This document shows, piece by piece, positions 30,901 to 39,288 of a stretch of DNA of 64,000 nucleotides. This stretch comes from Patescibacteria group bacterium. GTDB lineage: Bacteria; Patescibacteriota; Minisyncoccia; Phycocordibacterales; Phycocordibacteraceae. The notes beneath the pieces are model-generated. The model made no database searches. It was given only the letters and a program-made list of their open reading frames with translations, and was not told where the DNA came from. The position numbers and the translations under genes are program-made. The stretch spans positions 480,002 through 544,001 of the forward strand of contig JBBTSZ010000002.1 in the NCBI GenBank assembly GCA_038064495.1. The letters run 5' to 3'. Each line of letters begins with the position of its first letter. Position 1 is the first letter of the stretch.

Positions 30901-31148
30901 CGCATGTTTTCACGCGCTTCCTCTTCGGTTCCTTTTGGCTCACCTATTTCAAACCCATCAAACCGGAGTTCAAATTTTTTCCCCGAGTAGTCTGGAATCG
31001 GAGAAAACTCCTTAAACAGTTCCATCAACCCATCTTTTAAAAGCCACTCGAAGCTTTCGCGCTGGTGCCCGACAAGGTCAGGAAACTCAACACGTGGAGC
31101 CCGATAGGCACTGAACGTTTTTTGTTCAAGCGCTTTGGTTTTAGGCAT
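27966..31148 (-). CDS. rpoB: RNA polymerase beta subunit (compact, 1060 aa)
   Basis: 'HYGRLCPIHTPEG', 'GDKLAGRHGNKG', 'GGQRFGEMEVWAL'. Confidence 0.99.
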   Translation of the reverse strand: MPKTKALEQKTFSAYRAPRVEFPDLVGHQRESFEWLLKDGLMELFKEFSPIPDYSGKKFELRFDGFEIGEPKGTEEEARENMRTFEAPVKATVTLLNKTMGSEKTQDIFLADIPMMTPHGSFIVSGVERAIVPQLARSFGAFFISEEVKGKQMFGAKIIPARGVWIEIESEADGAIYVKIDRKRKFPVTNLLTIMGAGSREDILKKFLGNEIATNAITTTLSHDTATSVDDSFVEIHRRMRDGDLATPDNAKSYVNALFTPERYDLSKVGRHRLNARFSLPTDTKSLNQRALTLDDLIRIVGEIARLNTDPNARPDDIDHLGFRRVRFVGELLQARMRVGMSRMKRNIQDRMSTIESETSLPMAFVNPRPFQASVREFYTANQLSQFMDQQNILAELENMRTLSALGPGGLTRERAGFEVRDVHPSHYGRLCPIHTPEGQNIGLILRLALHARTNEFGVIETPYAVVKKGVVTDEVRYLNALEEETETIAHAATPVDAKGKIVPDSIEVRKGGEPAVVERDEITLMDASTYQMFSAATAMIPFVDHDDANRALMGSNMQKQATPVLIPEAPLVATGIEGHAAKNTGRLVMALEAGEVTYADAQKIIVTNKDGKAKEYKLQGLTQTNQNSAFNQRPSVHTGDKVKKGDVLADASSSDHGQMALGQNVRVAFMSWNGANYEDAIIVSERLVEQSKFTTVHIEDFECAVRDTKLGPEVTTHDIPNVGELRLKNLDEEGVVRIGAEVRPGDILVGKVTPKGETQLTPEERLLRSIFGDKAKDVKDTSLRMEGGKRGRVIGVRVFSREKGDQLETGIIKKIVVTVAQVRNVSVGDKLAGRHGNKGVISRVLPAADMPYDKDGNPIDLILTPLGVPSRMNLGQILELHLGLAANTLNYQAIVPPFAGATADEIRNELELAGFDRSGKMQLYDGLTGEAFAQPVSVGYMYILKLHHMVEDKIHMRSIGPYSLITQQPLGGKAQNGGQRFGEMEVWALLGYGSAYTLREMLTIKSDDIQGRSATFDAIVKGEPVSHAGTPASFSVLTNQIRGLALDIEPMDMEIDADI

Positions 31149-31158
31149 AGTGCAGTGT

Positions 31159-31300
31159 AATTACCGCTCGGATGGCGCGGCCTCGAAGCGTATGGGAGCC
31201 CCGTTCGCGTTTCTATCCCATCCGTAGGTAGAAACGCCAATAGGGCTCGTGCATACGCCACGAGCCACGTCCCTCGTTATCTCCGAGACGCTGGTTAATT
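31159..31300 (-). promoter_or_regulatory. Long hairpin in the rpoB 5' leader (candidate cis-regulatory RNA)
   Basis: Nested pairs CTCGGA/TCCGAG, GCGTATG/CATACGC, GAGCCC/GGGCTC and GCGTTTCTA/TAGAAACGC. Confidence 0.6.
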
Positions 31301-31350
31301 TGGATGTGTGTGAAAGCCCCTTTCCCCCGCTACGCAATCTTTGTTCCACT

Positions 31351-31379
31351 AGTATATTCCTCGGTCAAAGGGGCGTCAA
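31351..31379 (-). promoter_or_regulatory. rpoBC promoter
   Basis: TTGACG-N17-TATACT on the minus strand. Confidence 0.7.
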
Positions 31380-31469
31380 GGCGTATTGTGGACAGATTCT
31401 ATATAGAAAAACGGGCGGAACCTGATGGTTCCGCCCGTGTTGTTGGAGTTCATGGCGCATGTTGGCTGA

Positions 31470-32024
31470 CTAGCAACCGTTCATAACGTCTGAGCTCTGA
31501 GAGCGCGAGAAGTTCGCGCGCTTCACAACCCTCGTTTCGTTTTTCCGTTGAATCGGAGAAATCTGGACAAAGATTGCTGCAATGAACGCCGCTGCAAGGG
31601 TGGCAATGACGGCCACTAGATATTGACGATTGAGGTCAATGAGATAGTCAGCGACGACCATACCCGAAAGTGGAAGCACGGTGCTGATCCACAACCGAAC
31701 GAAATTCATCTTGGTCTTTCGGACTTCGTTGACAGCAGCCCATGCTGCAACACCAGTGAAGATGAGCATGCTGACTGCCGACACCATCCAGCCAAACGGC
31801 ACCATTGCCATTCCTGCGGCTAAGAAAACTGCACCGACGTCGGTCATTTCGTGCGAGCCACCGTAGTCGTAACCGCTTTTGGCGATGCGATTCGATTCCC
31901 GCATACTGATAATTGCAGCAATAATGTACGTGATGCCAAGGACATACGCAGCTATAGTGCCGAAAAACAGCACCATAAGGATGTTGAAGATTGACACGAA
32001 GGTCAATCCAGAAATTCTGCTCAT
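31470..32024 (-). CDS. Hypothetical polytopic membrane protein (orphan cassette)
   Basis: TTGACT-N17-TATAGT, GAGGTAGGAG SD, terminator at ~31408-31442. Confidence 0.7.
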   Translation of the reverse strand: MSRISGLTFVSIFNILMVLFFGTIAAYVLGITYIIAAIISMRESNRIAKSGYDYGGSHEMTDVGAVFLAAGMAMVPFGWMVSAVSMLIFTGVAAWAAVNEVRKTKMNFVRLWISTVLPLSGMVVADYLIDLNRQYLVAVIATLAAAFIAAIFVQISPIQRKNETRVVKRANFSRSQSSDVMNGC

Positions 32025-32216
32025 AGTATGAACTCCTACCTCATAAACGCTTATGAGGCTTCTAGGTATTACTATATCACTTCCGACACGTAAAGTCAAT
32101 ACTTAGGCCTTTTTCTTTGTTTTAGCCTTTTGTTTCCAGGCTTCTATGAGTGTGTGACTACCGGTTCGAAGTACTGCCGGAACCCTGTGTTTCTTCCCCC
32201 CACACCAAACTCGCGA

Positions 32217-32909
32217 TTACGCTTTTTTGGTATGGGACGGCACTCCTTTCTTGTTGGTCTTATTCTTTTTCCATGAGTCTATATCCGCATGGTTTCCTGT
32301 TAGTAAGACAGCAGGCGCTTTATACCGCTTGCCTTCCCAGGTAATAGACTCAGGACGGGTATAAACGGCAGGAGAGGCGGTGCGGCGCTCCTCAACGGAT
32401 TCGTCTTTTCCGAGCACGCCCGGAAGTCTACGTGTGACCGCGTCCACAATCGCCATGGCAGGAACTTCTGCTCCCGTGAGCGTTGCCTCCCCTACTGCAT
32501 ATTTTTTTACGGTGCCGAAGGTTTTCAGTATAGAAAGTGCGCGGTCATCAATGCCCTCGTAGCGACCACAGACCAAAACAACGTCATCAAATTTCGCGAG
32601 CTTGTCAGCTTCTTTGTTCGTGAACGCGCTCGCGCTCGGTGAAAACCACACGAGCGCAATCTTCTTCCCGCCACGGCGGGATAAACTCTTTTTCACGGCA
32701 CGCACCACCGGAAGTGCGGTCATCACCATACCGGGCCCGCCTCCATACGGACGCTCGTCTACTTTGCCCCATTTATTGTCCACGTAGTCGCGTGGCGTTT
32801 GGTAGTCCACGCTAATCTTCTTGCCAGCGCGAGCGCGCCCAAGGATGGATGCATTCAAATACGCATCACAGGCTTCTGGAAAAAGTGTTATGAGATGAAA
32901 TCTGAGCAT
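32217..32909 (-). CDS. trmD: tRNA (guanine37-N1)-methyltransferase
   Basis: 'ITLFPE', 'VDERPYGGGPGMV', 'CGRYEGID', 'YTRP', 'LLTGNH'. Confidence 0.96.
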   Translation of the reverse strand: MLRFHLITLFPEACDAYLNASILGRARAGKKISVDYQTPRDYVDNKWGKVDERPYGGGPGMVMTALPVVRAVKKSLSRRGGKKIALVWFSPSASAFTNKEADKLAKFDDVVLVCGRYEGIDDRALSILKTFGTVKKYAVGEATLTGAEVPAMAIVDAVTRRLPGVLGKDESVEERRTASPAVYTRPESITWEGKRYKAPAVLLTGNHADIDSWKKNKTNKKGVPSHTKKA

Positions 32910-32932
32910 AGTAAAAGTGTAACTTGGTCCTT

Positions 32933-33057
32933 GTGTGCGAAAGAGAGGTTCCAGATGCTAGGCGCGGGTTGGCTCCGAGTGCAGACGTATGTGCTATACG
33001 ACGGAACGAGGAGACGGGACCCGCAACAACGCAAATGGGGCCTATCCTTTCGTGCAC
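32933..33057 (+). repeat. ~125-bp palindromic element, copy C
   Basis: GTGTGCGAAAG / CTTTCGTGCAC ends. Core AGATGCTAGGCGCGGG..GCAGACGTAT-GTGCT-ATACGACG..GGGACCCGCAACAACGCAAATGG. Abuts the khpA stop. Confidence 0.8.
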
Positions 33058-33369
33058 CTAGAGGGAGTCAATGACTTCGTCTACTGACTTCACTTCCGGT
33101 TCACGGCGTCCACCAATAGGCTCAGGAATCTTAAGCGAGACACGCGCGTTATGCTTCAAACCAACTGCCGTAAGGAGCGGTCGAATAGCGAGCGTAGCAA
33201 TACGGCCACCGCGACCAATCACCTTCCCCATATCATCAGGGTGTACGGTAAGGGTGAGGAGTACGCCGAGGTTATCCACGGTCTGCACAATTTTTACATC
33301 CTCAGGATGATCAACAAGGCTCTTCACCAAGTATTCAAGAAAATCGTAATAGGGTGCGTTCGGTTCCAT
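33058..33369 (-). CDS. khpA: KH-domain RNA-binding protein (KhpA/YlqC)
   Basis: 'LVDHPEDV', 'DMGKVIGRGG'; rpsP-khpA-trmD context. Confidence 0.9.
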   Translation of the reverse strand: MEPNAPYYDFLEYLVKSLVDHPEDVKIVQTVDNLGVLLTLTVHPDDMGKVIGRGGRIATLAIRPLLTAVGLKHNARVSLKIPEPIGGRREPEVKSVDEVIDSL

Positions 33370-33432
33370 ATCGTTTCAGCGTAATCGGATAAACGGGCGA
33401 GCGGGGTTGTCGCAAGATTGCGACGAGAACAC

Positions 33433-33969
33433 TTAGGTTGCAGGAGCCTCTTCGGTAGCTACTTCTTCAGCAGGAGCAGCTTCCTCTGCCGCTACCACTT
33501 CTACAGGTGCCTCCACTACCGGAGCTTCTTCAACAACTGCTTCAGGAGCAACCTCTTCAGCTGGCGCAACTTCCTCTGCTACTGCTTCTGCCTCAGCGGC
33601 TTTTGCAGCGACCTCTTCAGCGGCCTTTGCGTCAGCGGCTGCTTTTGCGGCTGCTGCCTCGTCTTCAGCCTTCTTCTTAAGAATGTTCTTCTCGAGGTTC
33701 TTCTTGGTAACCACCTTTGCAGTCTTTACTCCGGTAACGACACCTTCCTTGACGAGGAGGTTGTGTACGGATGGAGATACCTGAGCACCCTTTGCCATCC
33801 ACGCGGTAATGCTCTCCGGCTTGAGGGTCGTGGCCTTGGTCTTTGGGTTATAGGTACCGACAAGATCAACATACTTACCAGCCTTTGGGCCAGCTGCCTT
33901 GTCTAGGACGGCAATACGAAAAGCCGCGTCGTTTTTACGGCCAATCCTCTGGAAACGAATCATCAACAT
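33433..33969 (-). CDS. rpsP: 30S ribosomal protein S16 with an acidic Ala/Glu-rich C-terminal extension
   Basis: 'MLMIRFQRIGRK..GTYNP..WMAKGAQVS'. Confidence 0.95.
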   Translation of the reverse strand: MLMIRFQRIGRKNDAAFRIAVLDKAAGPKAGKYVDLVGTYNPKTKATTLKPESITAWMAKGAQVSPSVHNLLVKEGVVTGVKTAKVVTKKNLEKNILKKKAEDEAAAAKAAADAKAAEEVAAKAAEAEAVAEEVAPAEEVAPEAVVEEAPVVEAPVEVVAAEEAAPAEEVATEEAPAT

Positions 33970-34094
33970 ATAGTGGGGCGTAGCGTAACAGATTGAGCGA
34001 GTTGGGTCAATCAGCTATGGAAATGAGGCTAGTTTGTTCCAGCCTCATGATTTGTAAGCAAAAAGGCGGCTGATAATTCAGCCGCCTCGTTCAC

Positions 34095-34472
34095 CTACTT
34101 CGGCTTCTTGAGAGATTCAAAAGCCTTTTCAGGAAGTTCGACTCCGTACCATCTCCTTCTAGTACCAACCAATGCAAGAACTTTATAATTAGCTTGCACA
34201 TCTGATCGGTTGTTTACTTTTCTGAACTGACGCTCAGCGCGCCGAATAGTAGGCCGTAGCGGACCTTTACTTTCACAACCAACCGCGTGCTCACCCTCCA
34301 CAGACCACAACGAAAACAAAGAGACGGTGTAGAGCAGATCTTGTGGTCTTTGTTCAAGTGACTCTTTTGCCTCACGAACGGCTGCTAACTTAGCCATAAG
34401 TATGGCTTCCTTAATCCGGAGGCATTCACCAATACTCACGCGAAGCGAAAACTCCTCTGAAGCAATGCCCAT
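34095..34472 (-). CDS. Hypothetical protein (orphan cassette)
   Basis: AAGGAG SD; terminator AGGCGGCTGA..TCAGCCGCCT at ~34063-34087. Confidence 0.65.
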   Translation of the reverse strand: MGIASEEFSLRVSIGECLRIKEAILMAKLAAVREAKESLEQRPQDLLYTVSLFSLWSVEGEHAVGCESKGPLRPTIRRAERQFRKVNNRSDVQANYKVLALVGTRRRWYGVELPEKAFESLKKPK

Positions 34473-34564
34473 CTTCTAATCTCCTTAAAAATCTAGACAG
34501 AACCTACCATAGGTTGCAAAAAGGTTCCAATCTTTTTCCAGAACGTCAGTTAACTTGGGTATGT

Positions 34565-34597
34565 AAAAAGAAAAACCGCCCCATCATATGGGGCGGA
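34565..34597 (-). terminator. Intrinsic terminator of the 281-nt ncRNA
   Basis: CCGCCCCAT-ATG-ATGGGGCGG followed by TTTTTCTTTTT on the minus strand. Confidence 0.8.
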
Positions 34598-34600
34598 AAG

Positions 34601-34881
34601 TGGTGATTCAGGCAACCTACGGCGACTCCTTTTTCCCGCAGGATTCAGAGTCTTGTCTCCAGCACGGGTGGTGTTTCATTGGCGACTTCCGTCTCCCACC
34701 TAGTATGCGCACAATTGAATGCGCAGAGGTACGCGATGCCAGATAAGCTAACGATCCGCCCCAGAGGAATCGAACCTCCGGACATTCCGACACCATCGGA
34801 ACATCGGCTGTTAAGGAGTCGAACCCTCTTTACCCTCACCAACAAGGAACAGCAGGACCTCAAGCGTTTGCCTGAATCACC
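34601..34881 (-). ncRNA. Candidate novel ~281-nt ncRNA with two tRNA-elbow-like modules and an L1-stalk-like module
   Basis: 14-bp closing stem GGTGATTCAGGCAA / TTGCCTGAATCACC; two TTCGA(C/T)T T-loops, each preceded by a TGGTG-loop hairpin; TAGGTGGGAGAC-GGAA-GTCGCCAATGAAACACCACCC; promoter and terminator fit its ends exactly. Confidence 0.8.
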
Positions 34882-34888
34882 GACCGCA

Positions 34889-34916
34889 AGTCTACCCTGA
34901 CCGCGCACGATGTCAA
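34889..34916 (-). promoter_or_regulatory. Promoter of the 281-nt ncRNA
   Basis: TTGACA-N16-TAGACT, 7 nt before the first G of the closing stem. Confidence 0.75.
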
Positions 34917-34972
34917 AACGATTCCGAAATCGTCGCAAGAACAAATCCTCGGAATCTGCTACAGTAGCTGAA

Positions 34973-36982
34973 ATGACCGACGCTGAATCTCCTATATACG
35001 AGGGGCCAATAACCATTATCAAAACCGGTAAGGGGTTTTTTTCATATGACCCTGAAAAGGATGATCTCTTCGTTCCGGGCGAGAATCTGGGTGGCGCCTT
35101 TCCGGGCGACATTGTGAAGGTGACCACGGCCGGCATGGAAGCCGACCCAAAGACCAAACAGCTGAAGCCTATCGGCAAGGTGGTTGAGGTCGTCTCGCGT
35201 AATCGCGAGACGTTTGTGGGCACGCTCACGAGTAGTCGTGAAGACCTTCCGGCAGACGCTCCGAATCTCGTCATGATGCTTCCTGACTGGAAGAAAATGT
35301 ACGTGCCGTTTGTGGTGAAAGGTGAGAACCTCCCGATTGGTCAGAAAGTGCTGATTCGCTTCCAGGGATGGGCAGCGAATCAGCCCTACCCATGGGGCAC
35401 ACTTGAGGAAATTATCGGTCCCGCAGGTGACCACGAGACTGAGATGCGCGCACTCGCGCTCTCACAAGGGTTCCGTAGTGACTTCCCTCCTGGCGTTGTC
35501 GGCGAGGCACGTGTTCTTGAAGAAACCGGCAAAGGACTCATCGCAAAGGATGCTGAGGAAGGTATTGCCGCCGGACGGCGAAAAGATTTCCGTGAAGTAA
35601 CTACCTTCACGATTGACCCGTTTGATGCAAAAGACTTTGATGATGCTCTTTCAGTTCGCGTGCTCGAGAATGGCAACACCGAAGTGGGCGTACACATTGC
35701 CGACGTCTCCTATTTTGTAAGCCCCGGAACTGCGATAGATGACGAAGCACGTCAGCGCGCCACTTCGGTGTATCTCGTGGACCGCACCATCCCCATGCTT
35801 CCGGAGGTACTCTCCACAAACCTTTGTTCGCTGAATCCGAACGAAGACCGTCTCTCGGTCTCGGCGGTGTTTGAACTGAACGCGAACGCGGAAGTGGTTT
35901 CCAAGTGGTTCGGTGAAACCGTCATTCACTCTGATAGGCGCTTCACCTATGAAGATGCGCAGGAGGTGCTTGATAGTCAGTCGGGAGATTTTCTTACAGA
36001 ATTGAACACGCTCAAGACGCTGGCGTTCAAGATTCGTGACCGTCGTACTAAGAGTGGCGCCATTGCCTTTGATACCCCCGAAGTAAAGATAAAGCTGGAT
36101 GAGACCGGGAAACCCATTTCCGTCACACTGAAGGAGCGTCGCGATACGAACCTGCTGATTGAAGACTTCATGCTTCTTGCAAACGAGAACGTTGCAGAAA
36201 TGTTGTCAGAAAAAGCGCAGAAAGCAGGGCTCACGAATTCGGTTATCTACCGCATCCACGACCTGCCCGACGCTGAGCGTATTGAAAACCTTTCGCAATT
36301 CTTGAAGGTGATGGGTTATGAGCTTGAAACGCATGCCGGTCGCGTGAAAGGTTCCGACATTAATGCCCTACTTAAGCAAGTGGAAGGCAAGCCGGAAGAA
36401 TATTTGATAAAGACCGCTACCCTACGCTCCATGGCAAAAGCGGTCTACACTACGAAGAACGTCGGCCACTTCGGTCTTGCCTTTGAGTTCTATACGCATT
36501 TCACGTCTCCTATTCGTCGCTATCCTGACCTTCTCATTCACCGCCTCGTGAAGCACAACACTAACGGCGAACCATTTACCACGAGCCAAGTCGCAGAGCT
36601 TCAGAACCTTGCGACGCATTCAAGTGAGCGCGAGGCCGGAGCCGTAGAGGCTGAGCGTGATTCCATCAAGATGAAACTCGTTGAGTTTATGGAAGATAAG
36701 GTCGGGCAGGAATTTGCTGCCGTTATTTCCGGTGTCTCAGACCGCGGACTCTATGTGGAACTGAATGAAACCCGTGCAGAAGGCATGATTAAGATTCGTG
36801 ATCTCGGCGACTCGTCTCGCGACGGAGCGGGCGACTACTTCGTCTACGACGAGAAACGCTATCGCATTATTGGCGAGCGCACGAAGGTGCAATACGCGCT
36901 TGGAGACCCGGTGACCGTAAAACTTATTGCTGCACGACTACAAGAGCGTGAACTCGACTTCGCCCTCGTGAAGCCCGCATAA
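34973..36982 (+). CDS. rnr: Ribonuclease R (RNB family)
   Basis: 'TIDPFDAKDFDDA', 'HIADVS', 'HFTSPIRRYPDL', C-terminal S1. Start likely ATG 34973, 7 nt after TGcTACAGT, rather than 34910. Confidence 0.95.
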   Translation: MTDAESPIYEGPITIIKTGKGFFSYDPEKDDLFVPGENLGGAFPGDIVKVTTAGMEADPKTKQLKPIGKVVEVVSRNRETFVGTLTSSREDLPADAPNLVMMLPDWKKMYVPFVVKGENLPIGQKVLIRFQGWAANQPYPWGTLEEIIGPAGDHETEMRALALSQGFRSDFPPGVVGEARVLEETGKGLIAKDAEEGIAAGRRKDFREVTTFTIDPFDAKDFDDALSVRVLENGNTEVGVHIADVSYFVSPGTAIDDEARQRATSVYLVDRTIPMLPEVLSTNLCSLNPNEDRLSVSAVFELNANAEVVSKWFGETVIHSDRRFTYEDAQEVLDSQSGDFLTELNTLKTLAFKIRDRRTKSGAIAFDTPEVKIKLDETGKPISVTLKERRDTNLLIEDFMLLANENVAEMLSEKAQKAGLTNSVIYRIHDLPDAERIENLSQFLKVMGYELETHAGRVKGSDINALLKQVEGKPEEYLIKTATLRSMAKAVYTTKNVGHFGLAFEFYTHFTSPIRRYPDLLIHRLVKHNTNGEPFTTSQVAELQNLATHSSEREAGAVEAERDSIKMKLVEFMEDKVGQEFAAVISGVSDRGLYVELNETRAEGMIKIRDLGDSSRDGAGDYFVYDEKRYRIIGERTKVQYALGDPVTVKLIAARLQERELDFALVKPA

Positions 36983-37056
36983 CGTAAAGGCAGTTTGTTT
37001 GACAAATACTATATCTACGATATAGTATTTAAGAACGTACATTCTAGGAGGTGAAC

Positions 37057-37461
37057 ATGGCATATCGTGATAACGTCAATCTTCTTTGTGATCAAATGGG
37101 TGTTCCGAATCCTATTCGCGAAGACGATATCAAGGTCGACAAAATCTATTTCATTTCCGATCGCTGGATTGAGTTGGGTCATGTTGAATCCACGGAAATG
37201 AACCGCGCAGGAAGATTGTTCGTTGAATTCATTGAGAAGGGAAAACTGACGAACGAAAGACGACTTTATCGACAGTGGGAACGATCTTCAGGGCTTTTTG
37301 AAGCTGGTATCGAACACGACGTCTTTCGTATAAATAAAGCTGTGGCACTGCTTATTCAATGGCACTTCGCTGAACTGTATACGGATGCCTACGAGAAAAA
37401 CCGCACACTCATCTTAGGCCTTCTCGATGCCACTTTTGTTGGTGTTGTCTTTAAATCCTGA
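37057..37461 (+). CDS. Hypothetical protein (orphan cassette)
   Basis: TTGACA-N16-TATAGT (36999-37026), AGGAGGTG SD, terminator at 37486-37517. Confidence 0.7.
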   Translation: MAYRDNVNLLCDQMGVPNPIREDDIKVDKIYFISDRWIELGHVESTEMNRAGRLFVEFIEKGKLTNERRLYRQWERSSGLFEAGIEHDVFRINKAVALLIQWHFAELYTDAYEKNRTLILGLLDATFVGVVFKS

Positions 37462-37525
37462 TGGTGAAAACCATATTCAAAAATCAAACCGCGCCAGAAA
37501 TGGCGCGGTTTTCTTTTCAGGGGGT

Positions 37526-38782
37526 TTAGGCTTCTAGAATTCGAGTGAGTGCCAGCGCATACGCCGCTTCGCGCAGCGTCACCCCGCGTGTAAGTGCAAA
37601 GTCTGCCACGTCACGATACGCGTCTCGCATGGTTTCATTCAAACGCTCTTGCACATCTGAGGCTGTCCAGAGAATGTCTGAACGATTCTGAAGCCATTCA
37701 AAATAGGAGACCGTAACGCCTCCCGCGTTCGCTAGCACGTCCGGGATGATGGCCACGCCATTTGCCGCTAGGATGACATCTGCTTCAGGTGTGATGGGAC
37801 CATTCGCGATTTCAAGAATGATGCCCGCTTTCACCAGCTCTACATTGTCTTTTCGTATTTGCTCTTCTAGAGCTGCCGGGACAAGCACATCAACTGGTGC
37901 ACTCAAAACCGCCTCAGGGTCGCGCAGTTCTACCGCGTCTTCTTCCATACGCGCGGCGTCACACACCGAGCCTTCGCAGTACATACCACTGACCGAGCCC
38001 TTTTCCTCTTTCGCGCGTAGCACGGACGCCACATCAAGCGAGTTTGGTGAAGCAAGTGTGCCGTGACTGTCCGCCAGTGCTTGTACGGACGCTCCATCAT
38101 TTGATAGAAGTTGTGCGGCCCGCGCTCCTGCATTCCCTACTCCCTGCACCGCAACAGTGAGCTTTGAGATATCCCGATGCTGGTCAGCGAGAAGCGCCGT
38201 AAGCACGGCGATAGCACCATCTGCTGTTGCGGTGTCTCGTCCAACGATTCCTCCCTTATCGAGAGGCTTGCCGGTAATAAATGCTGGAGCCGAGTGCCCC
38301 ACAAGTTTTTCATATTCATCAAGCATGAGTGCCATGATTTCTGCGTTCGTGTAGACATCGGGCGCCGGCACGTCCACCTCGGGACCCATATATTCTGCAA
38401 ACGCTCGCACATACGCGCGCGACAATTCTTCGAGTTCTTTCTTCGTGAGTTTCTTCGGGTCAACGGACACACCCCCTTTCGCTCCCCCAAACGGAATATC
38501 CACCACCGCACACTTGATAGCCATCATCGCCGCAAGGGCTTTCACTTCATCCTCGTCAGCGTCCGGATGAAAACGAATTCCGCCCTTGTAGGGACCGCGT
38601 GCGTCATTAAATTGGACGCGATACGCTGGAAAGCTTGCCGTACCCCCGGCATCCATGGGAATCGTGAGCTCAGCTCTCCGAATATGATTTGGAATCTCAA
38701 ACTTCTCTCGTTCCTCCTTCGTGAGTGCGAGCAGGTCGGCTGCTCGGTCCACGTTTGTCTTAAAGTAATCAAAAGCTGCCAT
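37526..38782 (-). CDS. gdhA: Glu/Leu/Phe/Val dehydrogenase (glutamate dehydrogenase)
   Basis: 'RGPYKGGIRFHP', 'GGAKGG', 'PAPDV', 'QGVGNAG', 'ANAGGVTVSYFEW'. Start at ATG 38782. Confidence 0.93.
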   Translation of the reverse strand: MAAFDYFKTNVDRAADLLALTKEEREKFEIPNHIRRAELTIPMDAGGTASFPAYRVQFNDARGPYKGGIRFHPDADEDEVKALAAMMAIKCAVVDIPFGGAKGGVSVDPKKLTKKELEELSRAYVRAFAEYMGPEVDVPAPDVYTNAEIMALMLDEYEKLVGHSAPAFITGKPLDKGGIVGRDTATADGAIAVLTALLADQHRDISKLTVAVQGVGNAGARAAQLLSNDGASVQALADSHGTLASPNSLDVASVLRAKEEKGSVSGMYCEGSVCDAARMEEDAVELRDPEAVLSAPVDVLVPAALEEQIRKDNVELVKAGIILEIANGPITPEADVILAANGVAIIPDVLANAGGVTVSYFEWLQNRSDILWTASDVQERLNETMRDAYRDVADFALTRGVTLREAAYALALTRILEA

Positions 38783-38978
38783 TGTAGATGAAAGCATACG
38801 CCTGCCCGAGGGCGTGTCCAAGGGGATAAATAAAAGCACCATATCATTAGACAAGGTGCTTGCTTCATTCACGGAGTGAAGTGAAGTGTTAACTACGGTT
38901 TCAAAAGGGACATAGATACGCTCAACTTAAAATACACAGAACAACGACTATTGTTTGGCCGAAATGCACGAACGTAGC

Positions 38979-39167
38979 TTATTCGACTTCTGTGCAGGTA
39001 CGTGAGAGATATTCTTGAATTTTCTCGTACTCCTTAGGATGAGAAAACTCAACATGACGATTCATTCTTTCAGTCCAAGTAACCTCATTTCTCTTATCAG
39101 ATCGAAGTATTTTCTGAATCCGACATTTGCAGAAGCGACATTTAATAGACTCTGTCTTTTCTTCCAT
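38979..39167 (-). CDS. Small C2H2-like zinc-finger protein
   Basis: 'CRFC..RHVEFSHP'; TTGACT-N16-TATCAT promoter (39249-39276); AAAGGA SD. Confidence 0.6.
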   Translation of the reverse strand: MEEKTESIKCRFCKCRIQKILRSDKRNEVTWTERMNRHVEFSHPKEYEKIQEYLSRTCTEVE

Positions 39168-39288
39168 GAGAAGCAATCCTTTCTTGTTTGGAGAGGTGCG
39201 ATGGGCCAATCAATCTTTAATATCCTTTCATAACTACTATCTAAACAGATGATACCTGTTTATTGTAGAAAGTCAATATCTGGAATGA

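Noticed and set aside
32161-32185. GGTTCGAA as a tRNA remnant
   Set aside because: No proper T-stem or acceptor stem.
33433-33680. Low-complexity repeat in rpsP
   Set aside because: It is an ordinary Ala/Glu-rich S16 extension, common in several phyla.
34601-34881. Calling this RNA a tRNA pair, tmRNA, RNase P RNA or rRNA gene fragment
   Set aside because: It has no anticodon arms, and the terminal CC of CACCA pairs with the 5' GG. There is no T-arm next to the 3' stem, no tag ORF and no GAGGAAAGTCC. The 23S similarity is limited to the L1-stalk core.
34645-35274. ORFs 34645-35274(-) and 34679-34900(+), and the 34910 start of rnr
   Set aside because: They are antisense or shadow ORFs with no motifs. 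The 34910 extension overlaps the ncRNA promoter, while ATG 34973 fits the -10 pattern.
38790-38978. Hairpin cluster upstream of gdhA as a riboswitch
   Set aside because: It is explained as the 3' end and terminator of the zinc-finger gene; gdhA has its own -10 box 10 nt before the ATG.
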